Assembly (NCBI RefSeq): GCF_006345805.1
Contig: NC_043000.1
Span: 62,930,001-62,994,000, forward strand
Origin: Octopus sinensis
Taxonomy: Eukaryota
Reading direction: 5' to 3'
DNA: 64,000 nucleotides
Part shown: positions 53,485-64,000 of the stretch, piece by piece
How positions within the stretch are numbered: the first letter of the stretch is position 1
Layout of the letters: each line of letters starts with the position of its first letter
The notes under the pieces: generated by a model
What the model was told of the DNA's origin: nothing
The model's database searches: none
Seen by the model: the letters and a program-made list of their open reading frames with translations, nothing else
Program-made: the position numbers and the translations under genes

Positions 53485-53522
<38 letters not shown>

Positions 53523-53532
53523 AACTTACTTG

Positions 53533-54083
53533 GAAATGGATGCGTGCCATTGAAATATGGCTAACCCCTAAGGGTGGTTGCTACTGTAGCTTGTAGCCCC
53601 AGGAAGACATTTCCAGCTGGCTATTGATACACTTTCTGTGCCCTATCAGTATTTGCAAAGGGAAGTCATCGGTCCCGTCTTCAACTTATGATACACACGG
53701 ACTAGAGATTTATTATTGCTTGTTTACACTTTTTCGATATCAGTGTCTATCGATACTGGAGAAAGGTATAAGTATTTGTGAAGGAAATCTACTTCTCATC
53801 GACAACTGTGATTGTCACACGCTAATGACGGATCAATACCCGAGTCCGTGTGTATCATAAATTGAAGACGAGAAGGATGACTTCCCTTTGCAAATACTGA
53901 TAGGGCACGGAAAGTGTGTCTATGGCAAGCTGAAGGCGGCGGCCTCCTGGGGCTACAAACTACAGTAGCATCCACCCTTAGGGGTTAGCCATATTTCAAT
54001 GGCAAATATACGTCACGATGTATATACATATATATATTTACAATTAAAGCTGTAGAAGTGTGATGGCACGCGCATTCGATTTC
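53533..54083. mobile_element. Foldback/MITE-like element with ~160-bp inverted arms
   Basis: Left arm 53545-53703 (TGCCATTGAAATATGGCTAACCCCTAAGGG...) is complementary to right arm 53843-54004. The spacer is about 140 bp. Confidence 0.85.
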
Positions 54084-54728
54084 AATATCTGAGCATGCCA
54101 GCTGAAATAATTTGGATCAGTGAAGTTATAGCAAAGAGAGCAATACAAGTCAATACAGGGGGCAGAAAATATTTCAGAAACAGAGAAAAATATATGTCAG
54201 AGAGCGAATTATTTTCCACTCCACTCTGTCTGGTAGTTAAAATTAGAAACCAAATTTATTTGAATCGCAATTTACTCTCTTTAAAAAATTAACATATTTA
54301 ATTCTAAATACACTGAATAAAAATGGCATAGTTACAGTTGGAAATATCTTTGATCATAGATAAGTTCGTTACTGGGTATTTCATAATGATGGCACATTCT
54401 AAATGCAATTAACCAGGACTGAAACGAGTCATATATTAAGGAAAGTGTATAAAACATAACAAATAAAATGTGTCTCATCGTTAAAAGAATTCTCTCTAAA
54501 ATGTATCCCATCATTATAAGAAATTGTCCCTAAAACTCCAGACTTCACAGCTACAGCAGACGCCATTAAAGTACGGCTAAGGTTGGGATAAATTTGTATG
54601 TGTTGTCTTTCAAGCAGCAAATGTCTACAGCAATCTTCCTAAGTGTCTGAAAAAGAGAGTGGGTCAATATTTAAGGTATTTTTTCTCTTTAATCTTTATA
54701 CTGCTTTAAACTTATGTTCGTATATACA

Positions 54729-54776
<48 letters not shown>

Positions 54777-54782
54777 TATATA

Positions 54783-54825
<43 letters not shown>

Positions 54826-55088
54826 AAAGTGAGATAGGGGTTATGAGTGTAACCCACTATGGGATATCAGTTATCCAATATACTGCCAGTGAAGTACCCA
54901 AAAGGCTAATACATAAATGCATACAATTGCCAATTTATCTACAGGCTGAAACAGCTGTAAGATCCATTTTATATGTAATATTTTTATGGTATTATCTTAC
55001 TTATTGATGTATATTGTTTTATTCTGTTGGATTTGGATGTTCCTATTTAATTAGTTAATAAATTATATGAATTGGTATTATCTGTAAG

Positions 55089-55336
55089 TTGATGATTGAA
55101 AGGAATCTGTTCCTCCATTTTCTTATTTGTATTCTCTCAATATGTGACCTCGTGAGTACCACCAGCGATTTTTTTTCCTCTGTCTTCCCTTCTCGGGATC
55201 TTTCCTTCTCCTATGTTTCCGACGAAGAGCTCCGCTCGAACGTTAAACCCTCCTTCTTCCCTTCTTTCCTGAGCGTCCAATAATAGCTTATTTGTTCCAC
55301 GTCCTCGCGCTGCTGTGTTTTTTTTCTTGTTTGGAT

Positions 55337-55340
<4 letters not shown>
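55089..55340 (+). repeat. Short repeat with a degenerate hammerhead-like motif at 55215-55248
   Basis: GTTT CCGACGA A GAGC tcc GCTC GAA CGT T AAAC. Downstream TTCCTGAGCG block is shared with the 11560-11775 family. Confidence 0.55.
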
Positions 55341-55394
<54 letters not shown>

Positions 55395-57549
55395 ATATAT
55401 ATATATCTGTACTAGGATAACACGCAACTAAAATCCTCGAAGTCACTAAAAAGGATTAGTATGACTCAAAATTTCTGGTTGTACTTTTTGGTGATCCAAA
55501 ATTCATTATATCGCTAAATCTGCCCCCCAAAGTCAAACCGTTACTTTCAAGACCATAATATACAAATAATATTCGAGCTATGATTACTCCCTACAAAGCT
55601 TAGATGAGATCTAGAATCGGATACCGCTTTCACATCTATGCTTCCACTTCTACTAGAACAAAAAAGCAAAAAAAAAAAAAAAAGATATCTCCCAAACGAC
55701 CTACCCCCTGAAAAATTAGGTAAGTTGTCTAACAGATCTCATTCTTTGGAGAATTCCCAAAATGTTACAATTGTATTTTCCTTTAACAAACACACGTTTT
55801 TGAGCGGGTTCTTGCCAACACATGGCAGCACTAGTTTCCTTGATGTGTTTCCACTATGTCTCGCCTATTGCATTAATAGTTCTCAGAGTCATGTGACATA
55901 TAAGGGGCCTTATGTAGAAACTATTTCTTAAATTTAAAATAGAAACCTATTTCTTAAATTTGGTCCAATCAACAATTCTTCCATTACAGTTCAGTTCTAT
56001 CCATCTGAAGCTGACAATTCGTAGTATTACTGTATTTCTAATTTTCAGAAGAGGCAGAAAACGATTTGAAGTAGAAGTAATGTTAACTCATATCCTAGAC
56101 GAGAAGGTCTTGAAATGTGTAGTAAAAAAAAGAACATTTATGGTAGCCCACAGATGATCTCGTCTTTTCATATGATCGACCTAGTACCCTTGTGTTTAGT
56201 AAAGTATGTAAAAGTATAGCACAAGGTCGAGTGAGATCGTTTAAACAAAGACACATTTATTACACATTTCCACAAACAGTTTAGTCTCATCACTAAAATG
56301 TGGGTAAACTTTACAATTCTTATCACACCACACGATCTGAAAGAAAAGTATGAGTTTTAACAGGTTAGGAAATGAAAGAAACTTTTAGATAAATATTTTT
56401 TTTCATCCGCTTTTCAAAAGATTTGTTTATTATTAATCAATGTAGTATTGTTTACGTTGTTTATATATTGTTTCTGTACTGCTTTTTATTGTTTTCCCAT
56501 TTCCCTTTGTTTCGTCGGTGACAGAGTGCTCATTGCTCCATTCTAGTTGTCCGATCGAATGTCAGAATATTACATTAAATAAGGTCGATAGTAAAAATTA
56601 TAGCAAACAATGGGTTTGTAGATAAATGTTGTTATACAAGCAACAGTTAGTTAGCTGATGCCAATTCTTTACCCATTGCTATACTGTCTGCTTATCAACC
56701 AGACAGCTTCTATTTCGATTGCCATGATATCATACGATTTGTCTCGATAGAAACAGATTACAAAATAAATGGTAATTGATGTGCTTTAACATACACGCAC
56801 ATGCACACGCGCGCACACACACACACAGACGCACACACACATACGCACAGTTTCACTTACACATATACGAGCATTCATTAAGCACTTACGGGCAATCATA
56901 CATTCACATATACTCTCATTCTCATGAATACATGCACATTCATTTACACTTGTATGCATACAAATGAAAACACATTACTTGTATCTGCATGCGTTGGCGT
57001 CCTTTCCAATTCAGCAGGTCAGAGATTTATAATCTCTTTGACTTCATTCTTCCCATTCATTACTATAATTGAGAGAACCGCCTTACGAGAGGCAGTTTCC
57101 ACAGTAGCAGCGAAAGATAAATTGCCTTGTATAAATGACCAAAGATGGAAAAGGGATCAGAATCCTTTTAGAAACTTCCCAAAACTAATGCCTCGATAAA
57201 ACACCGAAGCCTAACAGTTTTCGGGAGGGGGAAGGATAGGGATAACATGTCGGCGATTTTACTGTCTATGACTCAATGAAGAAACCTCTTTGTGTTGGCT
57301 CGACCTGCAAGAAATAGCTGCCAAATCTTCTTTAAACCACAACCTACTGAATCTAATAAGAAAAAACACAACTTGAACATATACCGTAAAAGACAGAATA
57401 GGTACTGCTTAAATGCCTCTGATCATAAGTCTGACTAATCACGATTGATTTGGGGTAAAACAACAATAACAACACCTAACTTTAGCAGAGTTAGCTCTGC
57501 CGCAAACACCACTAACTTTAGTGGAAACATTCAAATTAAGTCGCTACTT

Positions 57550-58259
57550 CCGACAAAAACTTCTTTTGTGTGGTGTCACTGATTGTCAAAAAATATCAGT
57601 GGAAAGTATTTCCTTCCAGAGGTCTTCCGCCAGATAGTGCAGAATTCTGAACTTGTTAGTAACGTAACAAGACACTGTGCAATTAACTGTCTCGAGGATT
57701 CTGTATAACCGTCTCTCATAGTCCATGATTCATAAACCTCTCTAGTCAGCAAAGAATTTCGAATTACTTCCTCGTGGAATCTGATCACCAGCTGGACTAC
57801 TCTCAGTGATCGATGTACTAGCGCCAACTAATAAACCATAGTATTTTCTCTTCACCAAAACATTCTCTGCCAAAAGGTCAACTCACTCTTCTCTACACTA
57901 CGTGTGGGTATCTGTTGAACCTTGATCTTATATTCATCTACTAATAAGCAAAACTCAATTTTCTCATCTTCTATCTCAATATCCACTCTGATATACATGA
58001 TACATTCTATATTCCCACCTTTCTTGAATCTCTTCCACATTTGCATGACCATCTATCACTACAAGTAGAAGAGACTCTGTAGAGGCAGATTTACCACAGA
58101 CTAGTTTTCCCATGTCACATGCCAGTGGTCTTTCAACCTTGTAAAAGCAAACCGATGCACCAGACATATGCAAAATAATCGGAACCGTATTTGCACAAGA
58201 AACTCCTCCATTGAAGTCCCTGTCAGACTATTCCACTGCAGTCTGTACTGACCCACCTG

Positions 58260-58294
<35 letters not shown>

Positions 58295-59950
58295 TACATA
58301 CACACACTCTCTCTCACACACACACACACGCACACACATACACACTCGCTCTCTCTCTCTCTCTCTCTCTCAAAGTCTCTCTCTCTTTCTCTCTTTCTAT
58401 CTTTCTGTCTCCCTCTCTCTGACTAACACCGACTAATATTCTAAAAATTCTGCTGTGCTCCAAAGTTTGACTGGGCTTCCACAATCTTCCGTATGTATAT
58501 TGATGATATTCTAACAGCCAATTATAACGCAAATATCCAGCACCCACCCACCCCACCCACGCACACACACACACGCAGGCACGCACTCCTATATAGATGC
58601 TTTAACCTTTTATGCCACCTTGCGCTTCCACACATACATGTACGCGCACGCGCCAACACGCACACACTCACACACAGGCGTTATCTACTTGCAATCTAGA
58701 CGATTCAAGATTTGTTCTGCTTCTATGAATAGAGACCTCGAAAACCTCTCTCAATGAGGACAGTGATAACCCAGTCTCATTCAGTAGCATAATTGCACAC
58801 TCATTACATGTATCAAGGACGCAGTTTGTGCCTCACACTTTCCACGAATAAACAACATACGACCAAATTACGCTAATAGTTGCTGTCGCTGCACATGTAC
58901 GACTATATTCGAGCATTGTTCATATATCTAGGGCGATGGTGCTGCTGCCGATACAATAATACTACAGCACATTCGGCCACCCAGCAGAAGACACTTATTC
59001 ACCAGCGTATGTCATTTGCAGTCTAAGAGAGTTGCAGTTTCATATCTGCGTCTTTTCTGTTGCTATAACAATGATTTCTTTTCCTCCGGACAAACAACAT
59101 GTATGCCATTTTTCATTGCTCGTATGAACCAGTCACTACTCGTCTGCTCTAGTCTGTTTTGCTAGTCACTCCACAAATCCGTAACCAAATTAGCGATCAA
59201 TCATTCCTCCCCATATTTGCCACCTTCTGAAATTCCTTCGAGACCACTTTTATTCTGACGGAAATTCAGTTTGAATATCAACAGCATCGATGTCGCTCGT
59301 TTGGTAGGGTCTGCAAGGCTCGCGGTTGTCATGGTTACTGTCTCCTCTTTCCTGGCTAATTATCCAAGATATGGGGAAAGAAATAGAAAAGCCTGGAATT
59401 TTCTATCAGAGCCAATCCAAACAAGCATTATACACGAAGACAATCCAACATCAAGAGATAAGTATCCGGTAAAAGAATACAATAAATGAAATATGTTGTA
59501 AAGTACAGCTTAAAAAAAATGTCAACGGAGGTTCCTTCATTCCGTTACTTGACCTACTAGAAAGAATAGAAAAATTTCCTCAAATCCTAGTCCACTACCT
59601 AAAAAGATATATTGGGTAATGCAGTTCGAAGTACGAAAAAAAAACCGTAACATAAACAAAGACCTAACATCATAGAAAATCCGTAACATCAGTTACTTTG
59701 TTCTTAGTTCTACTGGAGCAGGGGTGGCCTGGGGCTAAACAAAAAAAAATGTTCCCTAGCTTAGGAGAGATGAAATAACAAATAAAGCCATCTGCTGACG
59801 GATTCATATCTCTGAGAGAAAGCAGTTGACAAAAATCTACTTAAGATTACGTCATCAGCTCAGTATGATATTTTCACGAGACAGCCTCTCTGCCAGTTTT
59901 GGGGAAGGGTTTTAGGTGCGTAAGACCCGACATAGGCACATCTGTACTGA
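57550..59950 (-). pseudogene. Possible ancient non-LTR (L1/Tx1-like) ORF2 relic
   Basis: Only weak motif echoes on the minus strand (GSYAP, LD..LARKE, SLLLVVID, EKS...W) with many stops. Confidence 0.22.
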
Positions 59951-60019
59951 GAACAACTATGAATTTTATATTGAACTGTTTTGGTCTTATGACTTAAACT
60001 TTTATTTTTATTTTTCATG

Positions 60020-60237
60020 AGTAAGCGCAGACGCGGCAAGAAGTTTACCTCCCAACCATAGGTTTCCGGGTTCAGTCCCATGCGTAGTACTTTAGTCATG
60101 TGTCCTCTACTATAGGATTCGAGGTGCCCAAAACCTTGTAAGTAGGTGTGGTTGACGGAAACTGAACGAAGTCTGACGCATATATGCATACACACACATA
60201 CACACACACACATACACGCACACACACACTCACACAA

Positions 60238-60305
<68 letters not shown>

Positions 60306-60470
60306 ACACATTTCTGTGTGTGCTTGTGTTTATCCCCCCTGCACCACTTGACAACTGGTTTTCGTGTGTTACATCCCCGTAACTCAGCAGTTCAACAAAG
60401 AATCGATAGATTATGTACCAGGCTTTAAAAAGTGGTGGGGTCGATTCATTCGACTAAAAATTCTTCAAAG
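60020..60470 (+). mobile_element. SINE family A
   Basis: Head, internal microsatellite and 3' half are all recognisable. Confidence 0.75.
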
Positions 60471-61161
60471 ATGAAAGGCAAAGTCGACCTCGGTGGAATT
60501 TGAACTCGGAACTTAAAGACGGACGAAATACCAATTTCTTTACTACCCACAAGGGGCTAGACACAAAGAGGACAAACAAGGAAAGACAAATGGATTAAGT
60601 TGATTATATCGACCCCAGTGCGTAACTGGTACTTAATTTATCGACCCCGAAAGGATGAAAGGCAAAGTCGACCTCGGCGGAATTTGAACTCAGAACCTAA
60701 CGGCAGACGAAATACCGCTAAGCATTTCGCTCTGTGTGCTAACGATTCTGCCAGCTCGTCGCCTTATATTTAATAATAATAGTGATTTCAAATTTTGGCA
60801 CAAGGTCAACATATTTAATAATAATATTGATGACGGTGTTATTCTACGTAAGCTATTTTAACGAATTTTTGGAGAAAATCTAATACAAGCTGTTAAAATG
60901 GAACTATTTACGTCAGTTAACCTGTTTGATTTCATTTGATGGAGACAGAGTTATTTAGCATAAAATATGTCACTGAATCATCAACACGATGCTGAAGTCT
61001 GTGACTTTTGTTTCCTGCCCTCGGGATGACCTTTTCTAAAGTTTCAGTTTCACTTCCATAAAAAAGAAATCTTACGCACACACATATATGTGTGTACATA
61101 TTATATATACATATACATACATATATATATATACACGTGTGTATATATATGTATGTATATA

Positions 61162-61195
<34 letters not shown>

Positions 61196-61961
61196 ACATA
61201 ACTGTAAATGAAACTAATAATGACTCAAAACTTCCCCCACACTATTATGCCTACATCTATAAACGAGAGTATGATCGTGACAGGAATGCGTTTGATAGTA
61301 GGTTTGTTGAATCAGTGTTCGACTGCAGAGAGACGAAGAGTTAAGTCTATCACAATTTGAATTGAAATTAGAATATAAAGGGACATAAATAAATAACACG
61401 AGTCATTGTATCCGACGATCTACCAATTGTGCCATCATTTTCTGCCTGAAGAATAATAATGACAAACAATTATGATAATCCTGTCTATTATAGACACAAG
61501 GCCTCAACTTTTGAAGTAGGGGACTAGTTGATTGCATCGTTGTACTTATTCCATCGACTCCGAAAGGATAAAAGGTAAAGTCGACCTCGGTTGTATTTGA
61601 ACTCAGAACACAAAGACGGAAGAAATGCCGCTAAGCATTTTGCCCGGCGAGATAACGAATCTGCCAGCTCACCGCCTTAATTAAATAATGGCACATGGCC
61701 AACAGTTTTTGAGGGAGGGGTGAAGTCGATTTCATCGACCCCAGTATTCAACTGGTACTTATTTCATCGACCCCGAAAGGATGAAAGGCAATGTCGACCT
61801 TTATGGAATTTGAACTGAGGACGTAAAGACGGACGAAATGTCGCTAAGCATTTTGCTCGGCGTGCTAACGATTCTGCCAGCTCGCCGCCTTCATAATAAT
61901 AATAATAATAACAATAACAACAACAACAACAACAACAACAATAATAATAATAATAATAATG

Positions 61962-62003
<42 letters not shown>

Positions 62004-62215
62004 GTTTCAAATTTGGCACAAAGCCAGAAAATTCGGGGAATGGTATAAGTCGATTTCATCGACCCCAGTGCTCAACTGGTACTTATTTTATCGACCCCGA
62101 AAGGATGAAAGGCAAGTCGACCTCGGCGGAATTTGAAATGAGAACTTGAAGACGGACGAAATACCGTCATGCATATTGCCCAATAGGCTAACGATTCTGC
62201 CAACTCGCCGCTTTA
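60470..62215 (-). mobile_element. Cluster of five co-oriented SINE family B copies or fragments
   Basis: 60470-60535, 60537-60765, 61495-61680, 61690-61890 and 62005-62215 all carry GAAAGG...GTCGACCT...TTTGAA on the plus strand. Confidence 0.8.
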
Positions 62216-62599
62216 ATAATAATGATGATGATGATGACAACGACGACGACGAGGAGGAGGAGGAGGTGGAGGAGGATAATGGTTACACATTTTTAGACAA
62301 AGTTTATTCTTTTCCTGAACGTCATCCACAAACACAAAATAGCTACGTATATTTCACAGCCTTAAGTACAAGGCCAGCTAATTTCGAGGGAATAACGACT
62401 TTTTAAAATGTGTGGAGCCAGACGAACAAGTCATAAAGGCGAGAGGTGAAGTGAAACTTTATTCAATATGTAATAGGACAAAATTAACAAGCTATGAAAA
62501 CAAATATTCTCACAGAAAGAATATAAAAGGAGAATAAAATGCAATAATTAAACAAAGTATTTATATATAAATTTAAAATCCATTTGCTTTCGTTATTTT

Positions 62600-63140
62600 A
62601 GATTTTCTATGCAGAAAGCGCTTAATGGGTCTAAGTTATCATGTGTGCAGCTGCTGAGCCCGGGATACTTTGGATGCTGAGTTTTAAAGCCTTCCTCTCA
62701 GAACCCACAATAGGACACAATTCTGGTACTGCGTCGCAGTCCTGTTGAATCATGAGGACTTATATGTCCACAGCAATCTCACATAGCGTGATATCGTCGA
62801 CACATTCGCTTGCCTAAATTGTGCTGCCAAAGTAGCTATTAGCCAGGGATCGACACAGTCCCAGATAATCCGAACTGCGGCCTTTTTATTTCCTCTTCCC
62901 AAATATTGCAGAAACATCTTATGAACAGGTGTGTCACGCACAATTTGGACCAGCGCTTTTGCTCTGTCGTCTGTTTTGAAGGTAATATCTATGGCATCAT
63001 ACGCCTTCCCTCTTCTAGGCGAATGAAATTTCCAAATCCGTCCTAGATGGAACGAGAAAAGCGAGCATTGAGTTGGCTAAGCACAACTAAGATAATCTTC
63101 TCCTCTTGGATGGTGTCTGCCTTTTATGGAAAATGTTGCT
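62600..63140 (-). pseudogene. Probable LINE ORF1 (gag-like) relic
   Basis: Minus strand: LGRIWKF...KAYDAIDITFKTDDRAKAL...MFLQYLGRG...VRII...VDPWLIATLA..F, then a knuckle-like SSC...LSAFC. The layout resembles L1/Tx1 ORF1. Confidence 0.4.
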
Positions 63141-64000
63141 AAGCTTTTGTTTCTCCAGCAAAATGTTTTGCATCAAGAGTTTTTTCTTCTACATTTGAGT
63201 AAGATAACGTTACGTAATTTATATTTACATTTACTGTAATATATGCATGTATACTATTGTTACAGCTTTTGTTTGTTGCAGTTTTGGTTGTTTTTATTTT
63301 GCTGTTGTTGTTTACAGCATTTCCATTCGACATATTCAGTGTTAAATCCTACCTTTTGTAGCTGATACTGATATTTTGTGTTGTACTTAGAAAAGTAGTT
63401 TTGTTTGTTATCTGTGTGAAACGTGCTGTTTCTGTACATTTACACTTTTCTTTTTTCGGGCGTGCTGTGAAATATTCGCAGCTATTTTGTGATTGTGAAT
63501 GACGTTCAGGAAAAGAATAAACTTTGTCTAAAAATGAAAAGACAGACTAGAGAAACAGTCTCAGCGATCACGCTGCAGTTATGCGAGGGCAATTTTTACG
63601 GCTTACAAACTAAATAGAAACTTAATGTAAACTTGATAGTTTTATATTATCAAATGTTCTATAATGATATGATTGTTTCAGTTTCAATACACACTGTCAG
63701 ATCAAGTCATTTACAAGACAAATACAATTCTCAACAAAAGAAAGTTGTATATAAAAGAGAGAAGAAACAAAAACATAATAAATGTGACACGTTAAAAACG
63801 TTTTTAAAATTAAACAATGGGATAAATGTTTTTTTTTCTGCTTCTTTCTTTTTTAGTTCCACAGTCACCGACAGTTTACCACCTCTTTCCCATACAGTTA
63901 TATATCTGAACATATTAGATGTTATATTTTGGAGACTTCTGTACAACCATTAAGGATGAAGACCATTCAACGAAATTCATGTCATGTTATTGGCTAAGAC

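Noticed and set aside
57852-58052. EKSELTFWQRMF resembling a picorna-like RdRp motif (endogenous virus)
   Set aside because: No GDD motif or other RdRp motifs; chance similarity or a LINE relic is equally plausible.
62146-62406. Acidic D/E-rich ORF
   Set aside because: Made of a SINE end plus drifting triplet microsatellites (AAT, GAT, GAC, GAG).

Overview
Eukaryotic, AT-rich, microsatellite-saturated DNA, most likely from an octopus (inferred from the tRNA-headed SINE families and the repeat density), with one 100-N assembly gap. No host protein-coding gene can be called confidently; nearly all ORFs in the supplied track are translated microsatellites. The window is a transposon graveyard: many copies of three SINE families, RTE LINE fragments (one with a PHD finger inside its RT), two mariner transposase relics plus a mariner MITE, a Tigger/pogo transposase, a Helitron helicase fragment, foldback elements and four Penelope-like elements (PLEs). 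The main signal not in the ORF track is a set of at least seven type I hammerhead-ribozyme motifs found by eye (11657, 18289, 32501, 35569, 36001, 42474, 47435, 55215). Two have canonical cores and several carry core substitutions (A9C twice, U3-A8, A6U, U4C). One hammerhead lies in what looks like a complete PLE pseudo-LTR: five fixed-spacing CCAAT/CRE modules, TATA, Inr, a 28-nt exon, a splice donor, then the ribozyme. Another is overlapped by its own antisense copy in a ~50-bp hairpin. All folds and translations were done manually and need computational and biochemical confirmation.
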